Shown piece by piece: positions 1 to 9,448 of a stretch of 64,000 nt of DNA. The stretch is from an uncultured Bacteroidales bacterium (GTDB lineage Bacteria > Bacteroidota > Bacteroidia > Bacteroidales > UBA932). The notes beneath the pieces are model-generated. The model saw only the letters and a list, made by a program, of their open reading frames with translations, was not told the origin of the DNA and did not search any database. Within the stretch, counting starts at the first letter, position 1. Each line of letters opens with the position of its first letter. The position numbers were made by a program, and so were the translations under genes. The stretch is taken from contig CALUQM010000008.1 of assembly GCA_944322925.1 (NCBI GenBank), positions 9,073 through 73,072 of the forward strand, given 5' to 3'.

Positions 1-1
1 G

Positions 2-109
2 GAATTCGACAGCAAGACCCTCACCGGCAAATACCTTAATGTTCCTGTAAGAGAGGAGATCCCTGAGACAATCAACGAACAGCTCATCGTCGAGTTGTAC
101 TCTAAGTAA
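2..109 (+). CDS. rpsD: 30S ribosomal protein S4, C-terminal fragment (5' truncated by window edge)
   Basis: Frame from nt 2 translates EFDSKTLTGKYLNVPVREEIPETINEQLIVELYSK*; EQLIVELYSK is the S4 C-terminus; lies directly upstream of rpoA as in the alpha operon. Confidence 0.95.
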   Translation, partial: EFDSKTLTGKYLNVPVREEIPETINEQLIVELYSK

Positions 110-136
110 TAATTAACACCAAAAGGAATTTTCAAT

Positions 137-1144
137 ATGGCAATCTTAGCATTTCAGAAACCTGACAAGGTGATAATGCTTGAAGGGACCGATACGGTCG
201 GACGCTTTGAGTTCAGGCCTCTCGAGCCTGGGTATGGTCAGACAATTGGCAATGCGCTCCGTCGTATATTGTTGTCTTCCCTGGAAGGTTTTGCTATCAA
301 TTCCGTCAGGATTTCCGGAGTGGATCAGGAATTCGCTACGATTCCGGGCGTCATCGAGGGTATGCAGGATATTATCCTCAATCTCAAGCAGGTGAGATTC
401 AAGAGGATGGTTGATACTGTAGATTCCGAGGTAGCAAACATCGTGATCAGCGGCAAGCAGGAGTTTACCGCAGAGGATATTTCCAAAGGATTGTCTTCAT
501 TCAAGGTGTTGAATCCGGAACTGCACATCTGTTCTCTCGAACCTTCAGTGAAGCTCGAGATATCTCTCAATGTCAGCAAGGGACGCGGCTTTGTTCCTGC
601 CGACGAGAGTGTGGATTCCGATACTCCGATAGGGACCATTCCTGTAGATGCTATCTATACTCCTATCAAGAATGTCAACTGGATAGTGGACAACTGGCGT
701 GTGGAGCAGAAGACCGATTACGAGAAACTTACCCTCGAAATCATTACGGACGGTTCCATCACTCCGAAACTCGCTCTTCAGGAGGCTGCCAATATCCTTA
801 TCTATCACTTCAAGCTGTTTACCGACGAGAAAAAGCTTTCTCTTGAAAGCGCAGTGGAGTCGGATTCGAAAGAGCTTGATGAAGAGTCTCTCAGAATGAG
901 GCATCTGCTTCTCACCAAACTTTCCGACATGGGACTTTCAGTGAGGGCTTACAACTGCCTGAAAGCTGCGGACATCGATACATTCGCCGATCTGGTTTCA
1001 TATTCGAGATCCGAACTGATGAAGTTCAGGAATTTCGGAAGAAAGTCTCTGAATGAAATCGACCTTCTTGTCGAGAAGATGAAACTTTCATTCGGGATGG
1101 ATGTATCCAAGTATAATATTGAACCAAAGAAAAAGACTGTATAA
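137..1144 (+). CDS. rpoA: DNA-directed RNA polymerase subunit alpha
   Basis: [32 protein letters not shown] and alpha-[13 protein letters not shown]...FRNFGRKSL motifs; position between rpsD and rplQ. Confidence 0.99.
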   Translation: MAILAFQKPDKVIMLEGTDTVGRFEFRPLEPGYGQTIGNALRRILLSSLEGFAINSVRISGVDQEFATIPGVIEGMQDIILNLKQVRFKRMVDTVDSEVANIVISGKQEFTAEDISKGLSSFKVLNPELHICSLEPSVKLEISLNVSKGRGFVPADESVDSDTPIGTIPVDAIYTPIKNVNWIVDNWRVEQKTDYEKLTLEIITDGSITPKLALQEAANILIYHFKLFTDEKKLSLESAVESDSKELDEESLRMRHLLLTKLSDMGLSVRAYNCLKAADIDTFADLVSYSRSELMKFRNFGRKSLNEIDLLVEKMKLSFGMDVSKYNIEPKKKTV

Positions 1145-1146
1145 CA

Positions 1147-1683
1147 ATGAGGCATAATAGATCAATCAATCATCTTGGCCGCAAGAGCGGACATCGCAAG
1201 GCTCTTCTTGCCAATATGGCTGTATCTCTTATCGAGCACAAGAGGATCACTACGACTGTTGCCAAGGCAAAGGCTCTCAAGATGTATGTTGAACCTCTTA
1301 TAACCAAATCGAAAGAGGATACGACAAATTCGCGCCGTACCGTATTCAGTTATCTGAAAAACAAGGAAGCCGTTAAGGAGCTCTTCAGCACGATCTCTCC
1401 TAAGGTAGCTTCCCGTCCGGGCGGATATACCAGGATTCTCAAGACAGGTTTCCGTCTCGGTGACGGTGCCGATATGGCTCTTATCGAACTTGTCGACTTC
1501 AACGAGGCAGCACTGGCTTCTTCTCCTAAGAAGGAAGCAAAGAAGACTTCTACCCGCCGCAGCCGTTCGAAGAAAGCTGCAGCAGCAGAAGCCGCTCCGG
1601 CAGCCGAGGCTCCTGTAGCCGAAACTCCGGCCGTTGAAGCTCCTGCTGAGGAAGCTCCTGCAGAGGAAAAGAAAGCCGAATAA
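1147..1683 (+). CDS. rplQ: 50S ribosomal protein L17 with Ala/Glu/Pro-rich C-terminal tail
   Basis: MRH...[38 protein letters not shown] motifs. Confidence 0.99.
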   Translation: MRHNRSINHLGRKSGHRKALLANMAVSLIEHKRITTTVAKAKALKMYVEPLITKSKEDTTNSRRTVFSYLKNKEAVKELFSTISPKVASRPGGYTRILKTGFRLGDGADMALIELVDFNEAALASSPKKEAKKTSTRRSRSKKAAAAEAAPAAEAPVAETPAVEAPAEEAPAEEKKAE

Positions 1684-1694
1684 GGAATTCTTCC

Positions 1695-1738
1695 GCAATA
1701 AAAAAGCCGGTCTCAGACGAGGCCGGTTTTTTTATTGC
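1695..1738. terminator. Bidirectional intrinsic terminator between convergent rplQ and nagB
   Basis: gcaataaaaaagccggtctc-agac-gaggccggtttttttattgc: GC stem (with G-U pairs) flanked by A-run and T-run. Confidence 0.9.
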
Positions 1739-1752
1739 CGTGTGGCGGAGTC

Positions 1753-2547
1753 TTACTGCAGATTGTCTTTTTCTATATCCTTGAAATATCTGTAGGTGTT
1801 GACTTTGAGTTCTCCCGCAGCGAGTTCGTCGCAGACGATTATCCCGTGCGGATGGGCTTGCAGGGCGGAAAGCGTGCAGGTCTGTGAATATGCTCCTTCT
1901 ACCGCCTGCTGTAGTGCGCGGGCTTTCTTGTGCCCGAATGCGAGCACGAGCACTTCTTTGGCATCCATTACCGTACCTACTCCGACCGTAAGGGCAAGTT
2001 TCGGAACTTTGGCGATGTCGTTGTCGAAGAAACGGGAATTTACCAGAATAGTGTCGTATGTGAGGGTCTTTACACGGGTCCTGGATACGAGGGACGAGAA
2101 CGGTTCGTTGAATGCAAGATGACCGTCTTCCCCGACGCCTCCCATGAAAAGGTCGATGCCTCCGGCCGCCTTTATCCGCGCCTCGTATGAGGCGCATTCC
2201 GCTTCGAGGTCAGGTGCATTGCCGTTGAGAATATTGATGTTTTCCTTTGGGACGTCTACATGGTCGAAGAAGTTTCTGGCCATGAAGGAATGGTAGCTTT
2301 CGGGATGGGACTCAGGAAGGCCTACGTATTCGTCCATGTTGAACGTGATGACGTTCTTGAACGAGATTTCACCGGCCCTGTTCATCCTGATGAGCTCCTT
2401 GTATGTCGCTACAGGAGTCGATCCGGTAGGCAGTCCGAGTACGAAAGGGCTGTCGGTCCTTGAGGCTTTCTCCCTGATTCTGGATACTATGTAATGCGCA
2501 GCCCAGATAGCGCCCTTCGCGTCGTTTTCGTTGATAATAAGTCTCAT
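1753..2547 (-). CDS. nagB: Glucosamine-6-phosphate deaminase (short, intact form)
   Basis: [16 protein letters not shown] (catalytic Asp), GHLAFNEP (catalytic His), ALTVGVGT motifs. Confidence 0.97.
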   Translation of the reverse strand: MRLIINENDAKGAIWAAHYIVSRIREKASRTDSPFVLGLPTGSTPVATYKELIRMNRAGEISFKNVITFNMDEYVGLPESHPESYHSFMARNFFDHVDVPKENINILNGNAPDLEAECASYEARIKAAGGIDLFMGGVGEDGHLAFNEPFSSLVSRTRVKTLTYDTILVNSRFFDNDIAKVPKLALTVGVGTVMDAKEVLVLAFGHKKARALQQAVEGAYSQTCTLSALQAHPHGIIVCDELAAGELKVNTYRYFKDIEKDNLQ

Positions 2548-2566
2548 TTATGTCTGGTTTTGGATT

Positions 2567-4483
2567 TTAAAAAAGTTTCACGAACACTTCGATGGCCTGG
2601 TATTCGGCCATGCCGAGTTCGTCATAAAGGCGGGCCGTATTCTGTGTCCTGTCTTCCGCTCGCTGCCAGAATTCGCGCGGGTCTTCTCCTGGGAACGGAA
2701 CGATGTCTTTCTGCGAAACATGACGGTAGATCGCATGGCGTTTCTTGATAAGCTCGTCTGGACTCAGCGGCACGGCCATGTCTACTCTTCCGAGCTCCCA
2801 CTCCATCCAAGCTCCGCGGTACATCCATACGTGACATTCCTTCAGCCATGACTCGTTCCTGAGCTGGTCGAGGGCTTCGAGCACGGCCTCCGTGCAGACC
2901 CTGTGTGTGCCGTGAGGATCGGCAAGGTCTCCGGCAAGGTATATCTGGTGAGGTTTTACCTTATTGAGAAGGTCTATGATGATGTCTATGTCCTTCTGTG
3001 TCCTCTGTCCTTTCTTTATGCCGCCTGTCTCATAGAATGGCAGATTGAGGAAATGTGCGTTGGTGTTTTCGTCCAGGCCGAAAGATCTTACGGCCGATCT
3101 TGCTTCCGCACGGCGTATTGCAGCCTTGATGTCCAGAAGTGCGCGCGGTTCCGGTTCTCCCGGTTTCTTTGCAGCTACAATCGCCTTGACTTCGTCGAAC
3201 TTGTCCGCAAATCCGAGTTCATGGGCGGTGTCCATGTGCTGGAGGACGACATCGTCGTGTACCGCCACGTTGCCTGAGGTCTCGTATGCGACATGTACGT
3301 CATGACCCTGTTCCACAAGGCGGATGAAGGTGCCGCCCATTGAAATCACGTCGTCGTCCGGATGAGGGGAGAAAATGACCACCCTTTTCGGGAACGGCGA
3401 GGATGATACGGGGCGTGTGGAATCGTCTGCATTCGGTTTCCCTCCCGGCCAGCCTGTAATCGTGTGCTGCAGGTCATTGAATACATCGATGTTTATCTTG
3501 TCGTAAGGTCCTTTCATTTCAAGCAGTTCTCCGAGCGAATTCTGGATGTAGTCCTGATATTTCAGCTTGAGTATCGGCTTGTGGACCGTTTCGCACAGCC
3601 ATACGACGGCTTTCCTGATGAATTTCGGCGTCCAGTCGCACGGTCCGACCAGCCACGGGGCGACGACTCTTGTCAGAAGACTCGAAGAATTGTCGTCGGT
3701 GTAGAACGATATGTTGTCATGCCTCTGGAGGAAAGATGCAGGGCAGGCAGGAGTGACCGGGCCTTCCACGATATCCTTTACTGCATTTGCCTTGTCTTCG
3801 CCCCATGCCATCAGGATTATCTTCTTTGCGCTCATTATCGTGGCTATTCCGACTGTGATCGCGGTTTTCGGAGTGTCGGCGATATTTCCGTTGAAATTGC
3901 GCGACTGGGCTTTCCTCGACTTGTACGAAAGAAGCACTGTCCTGGTGCGGCTCTTTTCGGAAGATCCGGCTTCGTTGAAGCCTATCTGGCCCTGTTCCCC
4001 GACTCCTATTACGAGAAGGTCGAGTCCGGAAACAGCCTTGTCGTATTCGGCGCAGTAAGCTGAAATCCTGTCCTTGCCTACGGTGCCGTCCGGAATATGT
4101 ATGTTTTCTTTTCTTACGTCTACATTATTCAGGAACTCTTCATATAGACGGTGGTTTCTGCTCTGGGCCTCGCCGTCTCCGACAGGATAATATTCGTCTA
4201 TGCTGAATATCTCCACATCTGCAAAGGATATTTCACCTTCCCTGTATCTGGCAGACAGAAGCTTGTAGAGCGTGACAGGAGTCGTGCCTGTCGTGAGTCC
4301 GAGCCTGAACGGGCTGCCCTTGTGATTCTTTATGGCCGAAACTATGATTCCGGCTATTTTTTCACTCGCATATTCCTGATCTTCGTAGATTTCGGCAGGT
4401 ATCTTTTCATAGCTGTGCAGAATGTCCGAAGGCAGGTCTTTTTCGATGAGACCGCCGTCTTTAGGTAAAGTAAAGTGTTTCAT
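2567..4483 (-). CDS. NagB-like domain fused to PIG-L/LmbE-type deacetylase domain
   Basis: N-terminal NagB fold (GLTTGTTP, SIDEYYP, GQIGFNE); C-terminal SPHPDDDVISMGG and DPHGTHRV PIG-L metal-binding motifs. Confidence 0.9.
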   Translation of the reverse strand: MKHFTLPKDGGLIEKDLPSDILHSYEKIPAEIYEDQEYASEKIAGIIVSAIKNHKGSPFRLGLTTGTTPVTLYKLLSARYREGEISFADVEIFSIDEYYPVGDGEAQSRNHRLYEEFLNNVDVRKENIHIPDGTVGKDRISAYCAEYDKAVSGLDLLVIGVGEQGQIGFNEAGSSEKSRTRTVLLSYKSRKAQSRNFNGNIADTPKTAITVGIATIMSAKKIILMAWGEDKANAVKDIVEGPVTPACPASFLQRHDNISFYTDDNSSSLLTRVVAPWLVGPCDWTPKFIRKAVVWLCETVHKPILKLKYQDYIQNSLGELLEMKGPYDKINIDVFNDLQHTITGWPGGKPNADDSTRPVSSSPFPKRVVIFSPHPDDDVISMGGTFIRLVEQGHDVHVAYETSGNVAVHDDVVLQHMDTAHELGFADKFDEVKAIVAAKKPGEPEPRALLDIKAAIRRAEARSAVRSFGLDENTNAHFLNLPFYETGGIKKGQRTQKDIDIIIDLLNKVKPHQIYLAGDLADPHGTHRVCTEAVLEALDQLRNESWLKECHVWMYRGAWMEWELGRVDMAVPLSPDELIKKRHAIYRHVSQKDIVPFPGEDPREFWQRAEDRTQNTARLYDELGMAEYQAIEVFVKLF

Positions 4484-4528
4484 GAATATAATGAATTATG
4501 TGTTTTCTTTCTTTTACAGCCTATTATA

Positions 4529-4536
4529 CAAAAATA
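4529..4536 (-). promoter_or_regulatory. Bacteroidetes -7 promoter element (TATTTTTG) for nagB-like operon
   Basis: Exact TAnnTTTG match on minus strand ~45 nt upstream of the ATG at 4483. Confidence 0.6.
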
Positions 4537-4628
4537 CGAAAAAAATGCAATCAGTAAGCCGAGATTCCGAATAATTAATTATTTTTAAGGAAAATTAAGA
4601 AATTGTTAACAACCTAACTATACTTATC

Positions 4629-6827
4629 ATGATCAATTTATTCTATCTTGTACCTTTTGCTGCTGTTGTGGCACTTGGCTTTGCCTGGTATTTCTTCAGG
4701 CAGATGATGAAGGAAAGCGAAGGCTCCGCCACCATGAAAGAGATTGCGCTTTTCGTCAGAAAAGGGGCGATGGCCTATCTCAAGCAGCAGTATAAGGTCG
4801 TGACGATAGTATTCGTCATTCTCGCATTGTTTTTTGCTGTCCTAGCGTACGGTTTCGGTGTGCAGAACTCATGGGTGCCGTTCGCGTTCCTTACCGGCGG
4901 ATTCTTCTCGGGTCTGGCAGGTTTCATAGGAATGAAGACGGCTACGTATGCTTCCGCAAGAACGGCCAATGCCGCCATGCGTTCGCTTAACTCCGGTTTG
5001 AAAATAGCTTTCCGCTCCGGCGCCGTGATGGGACTTACCGTAGTCGGCCTCGGTCTTCTCGACATTTCTCTCTGGTATATAATACTGGATACGTTCACCG
5101 AGGCTGAAGGCCCTCAGAAACTGGTCATGATCACGACTACCATGCTGACTTTCGGTATGGGTGCTTCTACCCAGGCTCTGTTCGCACGTGTCGGCGGCGG
5201 CATATATACGAAGGCTGCCGATGTGGGAGCCGACCTTGTCGGAAAGGTGGAGGCGGGAATACCTGAAGACGACCCGAGGAATCCGGCTACCATTGCCGAC
5301 AATGTAGGTGACAACGTGGGCGACGTGGCAGGAATGGGTGCCGACCTGTATGAATCCTACTGCGGTTCCATCCTCGCTACGACGGCTCTCGGAGCTTCGG
5401 CATTCTATGCTGCCGGCGAAGACATGCAGTTAAGGGCGGTTTTCGCTCCTATGATCATTGCCGCGGTCGGAGTCATCCTTTCCGTAATAGGTATTTTTAC
5501 AGTGAGGACGAAAGAGAATGCCGGAATGAGCCAGCTTCTGAAGTCTCTCGGCTTCGGCACCAACCTCAGTGCAGTGCTCATAGCTGTGGCCACATTCGGT
5601 ATCATGTATGTCCTCGGCATGGAGAACTGGCTCGGAATTTCATTCTCGGTAATAGTGGGCCTCGTTGCAGGTGTCATCATAGGACAGTCTACCGAATATT
5701 ATACCTCGCATTCATACAAGCCTACGAAGAAACTTGCGGAAAGTGCGCAGACAGGACCTGCGACGGTGATAATTTCAGGCGTCGGCCTCGGCATGATATC
5801 CACGGCCATACCGGTGATAACCATTGCCATTGCCATTCTTCTGTCATATCTCTGCGCCATCAATTTCGATTTCGCTAACATACTTTCTGCCGAAAACCTC
5901 GGCCTCGGGCTATACGGAATCGGCATAGCTGCGGTCGGCATGCTTTCAACTCTCGGAATTACCCTTGCCACCGATGCTTACGGACCTATTGCGGACAACG
6001 CCGGCGGCAATGCGCAGATGAGCGAACTCGATCCTGAAGTAAGGCGCAGGACCGATATCCTCGATGCTCTCGGCAATACTACTGCCGCTACGGGCAAGGG
6101 ATTCGCCATCGGTTCGGCAGCCCTGACGGCGCTCGCACTTCTGGCGTCGTATATGGAGGAAATCAAGATAGCTCTCAACCGTGCCGGCGAACAGATTGTC
6201 GGGGTTGCCGGTGAGCTGATGGACGCTGCACAGGCTACGATACCTGATCTGATGGCCCATTATCATGTGGATCTGATGAACCCTATGGTTCTTGTCGGAG
6301 TATTCATCGGAGCCATGATGTCATTCCTGTTCTGCGGCCTTACAATGAATGCCGTAGGAAGGGCTGCACAGAAGATGGTAGAGGAAGTCCGCAGACAGTT
6401 CCGCGAGATCAAGGGCATCCTGACCAGGGAAGCTACTCCGGACTATGCGCGCTGCGTGGAAATTTCGACGAGGGGTGCACAGAGGGAAATGCTGTTCCCT
6501 TCGATAATAGCCATTGTAGTCCCTGTTGTTGTGGGACTGGTTCTCGGTGTCGCAGGCGTGATGGGTCTCCTTATCGGAGGTCTCGGTTCCGGCTTCGTAC
6601 TTGCGATCTTCATGGCCAATTCCGGTGGTGCGTGGGACAATGCCAAGAAGTATGTCGAGGAAGGCAATCTCGGAGGCAAGAATTCGGAATGCCATAAGGC
6701 TACCGTAGTCGGAGATACTGTAGGAGATCCGTTCAAGGATACATCCGGACCGTCCCTCAATATCCTTATCAAGCTTATGAGCATGGTTTCAATAGTAATG
6801 GCCGGCCTTACCGTCCTTATCCATTAG
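4629..6827 (+). CDS. hppA: Membrane-integral cation-translocating pyrophosphatase (K+-dependent, Na+ or Na+/H+ type)
   Basis: GGGIYTKAADVGADLVGKVE, IADNVGDNVGD, GDTVGDPFKDTSGPSLN motifs; GNTTAA (Ala = K+-dependent class). Confidence 0.97.
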   Translation: MINLFYLVPFAAVVALGFAWYFFRQMMKESEGSATMKEIALFVRKGAMAYLKQQYKVVTIVFVILALFFAVLAYGFGVQNSWVPFAFLTGGFFSGLAGFIGMKTATYASARTANAAMRSLNSGLKIAFRSGAVMGLTVVGLGLLDISLWYIILDTFTEAEGPQKLVMITTTMLTFGMGASTQALFARVGGGIYTKAADVGADLVGKVEAGIPEDDPRNPATIADNVGDNVGDVAGMGADLYESYCGSILATTALGASAFYAAGEDMQLRAVFAPMIIAAVGVILSVIGIFTVRTKENAGMSQLLKSLGFGTNLSAVLIAVATFGIMYVLGMENWLGISFSVIVGLVAGVIIGQSTEYYTSHSYKPTKKLAESAQTGPATVIISGVGLGMISTAIPVITIAIAILLSYLCAINFDFANILSAENLGLGLYGIGIAAVGMLSTLGITLATDAYGPIADNAGGNAQMSELDPEVRRRTDILDALGNTTAATGKGFAIGSAALTALALLASYMEEIKIALNRAGEQIVGVAGELMDAAQATIPDLMAHYHVDLMNPMVLVGVFIGAMMSFLFCGLTMNAVGRAAQKMVEEVRRQFREIKGILTREATPDYARCVEISTRGAQREMLFPSIIAIVVPVVVGLVLGVAGVMGLLIGGLGSGFVLAIFMANSGGAWDNAKKYVEEGNLGGKNSECHKATVVGDTVGDPFKDTSGPSLNILIKLMSMVSIVMAGLTVLIH

Positions 6828-6875
6828 AAATCATACTTGCCGGAATGCCGGGAAAATGCCGGGAAAACAACTTTC

Positions 6876-6907
6876 TTTGGAAATTAGTGCGGAAATTCAT
6901 AAATTTG
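6876..6907 (+). promoter_or_regulatory. Bacteroidetes housekeeping promoter TTTG-N20-TAAATTTG for the met leader/operon
   Basis: TTTG 6876-6879, 20-nt spacer, TAAATTTG 6900-6907 match the -33/-7 consensus and spacing. Confidence 0.8.
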
Positions 6908-6915
6908 CAAGAATT

Positions 6916-6966
6916 ATGGATTTCCGCACTTTCATATCGATGATGTCCAAGCGAATGCATCGCTAA
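6916..6966 (+). CDS. Putative Met-rich leader peptide MDFRTFISMMSKRMHR
   Basis: ATG 6916 to TAA 6964-6966, 4 Met in 16 aa including tandem ATGATG; starts just after the promoter and precedes metX. Confidence 0.6.
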   Translation: MDFRTFISMMSKRMHR

Positions 6967-7077
6967 GATGCTATACTGTTTTTTTGCCGTATCGGGCGCG
7001 GGATGCGCAGGCGGCGCAGACCGTAAGAATCCAGATGCCGGAAGGCAAATCTAACAGCAGTCAAACTCAAGGATATC

Positions 7078-8103
7078 ATGATATTGAAACAATACAGACA
7101 TCAGGGAACATTCAATCTTGAAAACGGTGGCCGCATAGACGATCTTACCATCGTATATCATTGCTCTGAAAAACCTTATTCCGGACCTTCGGACGGCCGC
7201 AAGGTCGTATGGATATGCCATGCCTTTACGGCTAATTCCGATCCGCAGGACTGGTGGCCGGGACTCGTGGGCCCCGGCAAGGTAATAGATCCGGACAAAT
7301 ATTTCGTGGCATGCGTGAACATGCTCGGTTCTCCGTACGGCACCACCTCTCCGGCATCAGTCAATCCTGCCACTGGCAGACCGTACTGCTTCGATTTTCC
7401 GAAAATCACAGTCAGGGATATCGTCAATGCGAATATCCTTATCCGCAAACATCTCGGCGTAGAGAAGATAGACCTTATGATCGGAGGATCCATAGGCGGA
7501 TTCCAGGCTTTGGAATGGATGATAATGGAGCCGGAAGTGATGAAAAAATCACTTGTCTCCGCATGCAGCGCAAGGGTGACTCCGTGGGTTACGGCATATA
7601 ACGAATCGCAGAGAATGGCTCTCGAGGCTGATCCGACATTCCGTGAATGCGCGAGTCTCGAAGGAGGAAAGAAGGGTCTTGCATGTGCCCGTGCGATTGC
7701 CCTGATTTCATACAGGAACTATATCTGTTACAATGAAACCCAGTCGGAATCCGATCCGGACAAGATGTTCGCGGACAAGGTGTGTTCGTACCAGCAGTAT
7801 CAGGGAAAGAAACTGATAGACAGGTTCGATGCCTATTCCTACTATTGCCTGACTTATTCTCTGGACAGTCATAATGTAGGGAGAGGGAGAGGAGGCGTCG
7901 AAGCTGCCCTGAAGCGGATCAAGGCCGACACTGTCGTGGTCGGAATCAATACCGACAACCTTTTCCCGGTTGAGGAGCAGAAGTATATGGCCACTCATAT
8001 AGACGGGGCGATTTATGTGGAGATCATTTCCAAGTTCGGGCATGACGGTTTCCTCATAGAAAGCGGTCCTTTGGGAAATATCATACAGCAGCTTTTGGAT
8101 TAA
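7078..8103 (+). CDS. metX: Homoserine O-acetyltransferase
   Basis: VWICHAFTA, WWPGLVGPG, IGGSIGG nucleophile elbow, FGHDGFL; upstream of metY. Confidence 0.93.
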   Translation: MILKQYRHQGTFNLENGGRIDDLTIVYHCSEKPYSGPSDGRKVVWICHAFTANSDPQDWWPGLVGPGKVIDPDKYFVACVNMLGSPYGTTSPASVNPATGRPYCFDFPKITVRDIVNANILIRKHLGVEKIDLMIGGSIGGFQALEWMIMEPEVMKKSLVSACSARVTPWVTAYNESQRMALEADPTFRECASLEGGKKGLACARAIALISYRNYICYNETQSESDPDKMFADKVCSYQQYQGKKLIDRFDAYSYYCLTYSLDSHNVGRGRGGVEAALKRIKADTVVVGINTDNLFPVEEQKYMATHIDGAIYVEIISKFGHDGFLIESGPLGNIIQQLLD

Positions 8104-8115
8104 ATCAGATACGAG

Positions 8116-9396
8116 ATGGAAAACAGGGAATACGGATTTGAAACACTGCAGCTCAGAGCCGGACAGGATATAGATCCCGTGTCCAAGGCCACGGCGGTTC
8201 CGATTTACCAGACTACTGCATACGTTTTCGATGACATGCAGTACGGCGCCGATCTTTTTGCGCTGAAGAAGCCGGGGAACATATATACCCGCATCACGAA
8301 TACTACCAATGACGTGTTCGAAAAACGTATGGCTGCGCTCGAAGGAGGGGTGGCTGCCGTGTCTACGGCATCCGGTACTTCCGCCATTTTTCTTGCTGTC
8401 ACCAATATATGCGGTCCGGGCGACAATATCGTGACATCTCCTTTCCTGTATGGAGGGACTTTCACGATGTTCGAGATCACCTTGAGGGATATGGGCATAG
8501 AAGTGAGATTCGCGGAAAGCGACCGCATGGAAGATATCCGGAAACTTGTCGACGGAAAGACAAAGGCCGTGTATCTCGAAGTCCTCGGCAATCCGGCCTT
8601 CAATGTGCCGGATTTCGAGCCTATCGTGGAAATGGCTCATGAAAAAGGCGTTTGCGTGATAGTGGACAACACATTCGGCTGCGGAGGCTATCTGTTCCGT
8701 CCGTTCGACTGGGGCGCCGACGTATCCGTCCATTCCGCCACGAAGTGGATCTGCGGTCACGGTACGTCTCTTGGCGGGGTAGTCGTGGACAGCGGCAATT
8801 TCGACTGGACGCCGGAGAAATATCCGCTGTTGGCCGCTCCTTCCGAAAGTTATCATGGCCTGATATACAAGGAAGTCTTCGGAAAGGCTGCGTTTGCCGG
8901 AAGGGTGCGTGTGGACGGACTGAGGAATATCGGGGCTTCCGCTTCTCCGTTCAATTCGTTCCTCATGCTCCAGGGACTCGAGACCTTGTCGCTCCGGGTG
9001 GAGAGATGCTGCTCCAATGCCCTTGCTATCGCGGAGTTCCTCGACAGTCATCCGGCCGTGGAAAGCGTGAGCTATACGGGGCTGCCGGACAATCCTTACC
9101 ATGCTCTTGCAATGAAGTATCTCCGGCACGGATTCGGAGCCGTGCTGACATTCAGGGTAAAAGGCGGATTCGATGCGGCTGCCGCCCTTGTAAGCAGGCT
9201 TGAACTTATCCTGCATGTGGGCAGCGTGGGTGATTCCAAATCCCTGATAGTGCATCCGGCATCCACGACGCATTCACAGCTCGGTCCGCAGGAACAGATT
9301 GCAGCGGGAGTGTATCCGAACCTTCTCAGACTGTCCGTAGGGACTGAAAGCGTAGATGACCTGATACGCGATCTGGATCAGGCTCTGCAGGCATAG
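8116..9396 (+). CDS. metY: O-acetylhomoserine aminocarboxypropyltransferase (sulfhydrylase)
   Basis: VPIYQTTAY, GNIYTRITN, IVDNTFG, HSATKWICGHG (PLP Lys) motifs; 426 aa. Confidence 0.92.
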   Translation: MENREYGFETLQLRAGQDIDPVSKATAVPIYQTTAYVFDDMQYGADLFALKKPGNIYTRITNTTNDVFEKRMAALEGGVAAVSTASGTSAIFLAVTNICGPGDNIVTSPFLYGGTFTMFEITLRDMGIEVRFAESDRMEDIRKLVDGKTKAVYLEVLGNPAFNVPDFEPIVEMAHEKGVCVIVDNTFGCGGYLFRPFDWGADVSVHSATKWICGHGTSLGGVVVDSGNFDWTPEKYPLLAAPSESYHGLIYKEVFGKAAFAGRVRVDGLRNIGASASPFNSFLMLQGLETLSLRVERCCSNALAIAEFLDSHPAVESVSYTGLPDNPYHALAMKYLRHGFGAVLTFRVKGGFDAAAALVSRLELILHVGSVGDSKSLIVHPASTTHSQLGPQEQIAAGVYPNLLRLSVGTESVDDLIRDLDQALQA

Positions 9397-9448
9397 CCGT
9401 TCAGACTGAAACAAGAAATATCATAAACGAACTAAAAAACAGAAAGCC

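Noticed and set aside
1520-1683. Repetitive AEAPA-type tail of L17
   Set aside because: Low-complexity tails are common on Bacteroidetes L17; not a DNA repeat element
4570-4612. AT-only palindromes and a 14/18 match to the Pho-like box upstream of hppA
   Set aside because: Very AT-rich context makes chance matches likely, and the position does not reproduce the ~30-nt geometry seen at the pit/regulator promoters
6985-7010. ccgtatcgggcgcg resembles part of a SAM-II riboswitch
   Set aside because: The complementary 5' P1 strand and the 3' pseudoknot tail are absent; the leader-peptide model fits better, though an Infernal run is still advisable
7708-9273. 521-aa antisense ORF opposite metX/metY (also long shadow ORFs at 12516-13784, 22745-23986, 29915-31396, 45494-46723, 51689-53272, 57928-59271, 62296-63630)
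   Set aside because: They lie almost entirely opposite well-supported genes, show no family motifs, and are the expected by-product of codon bias suppressing antisense stops
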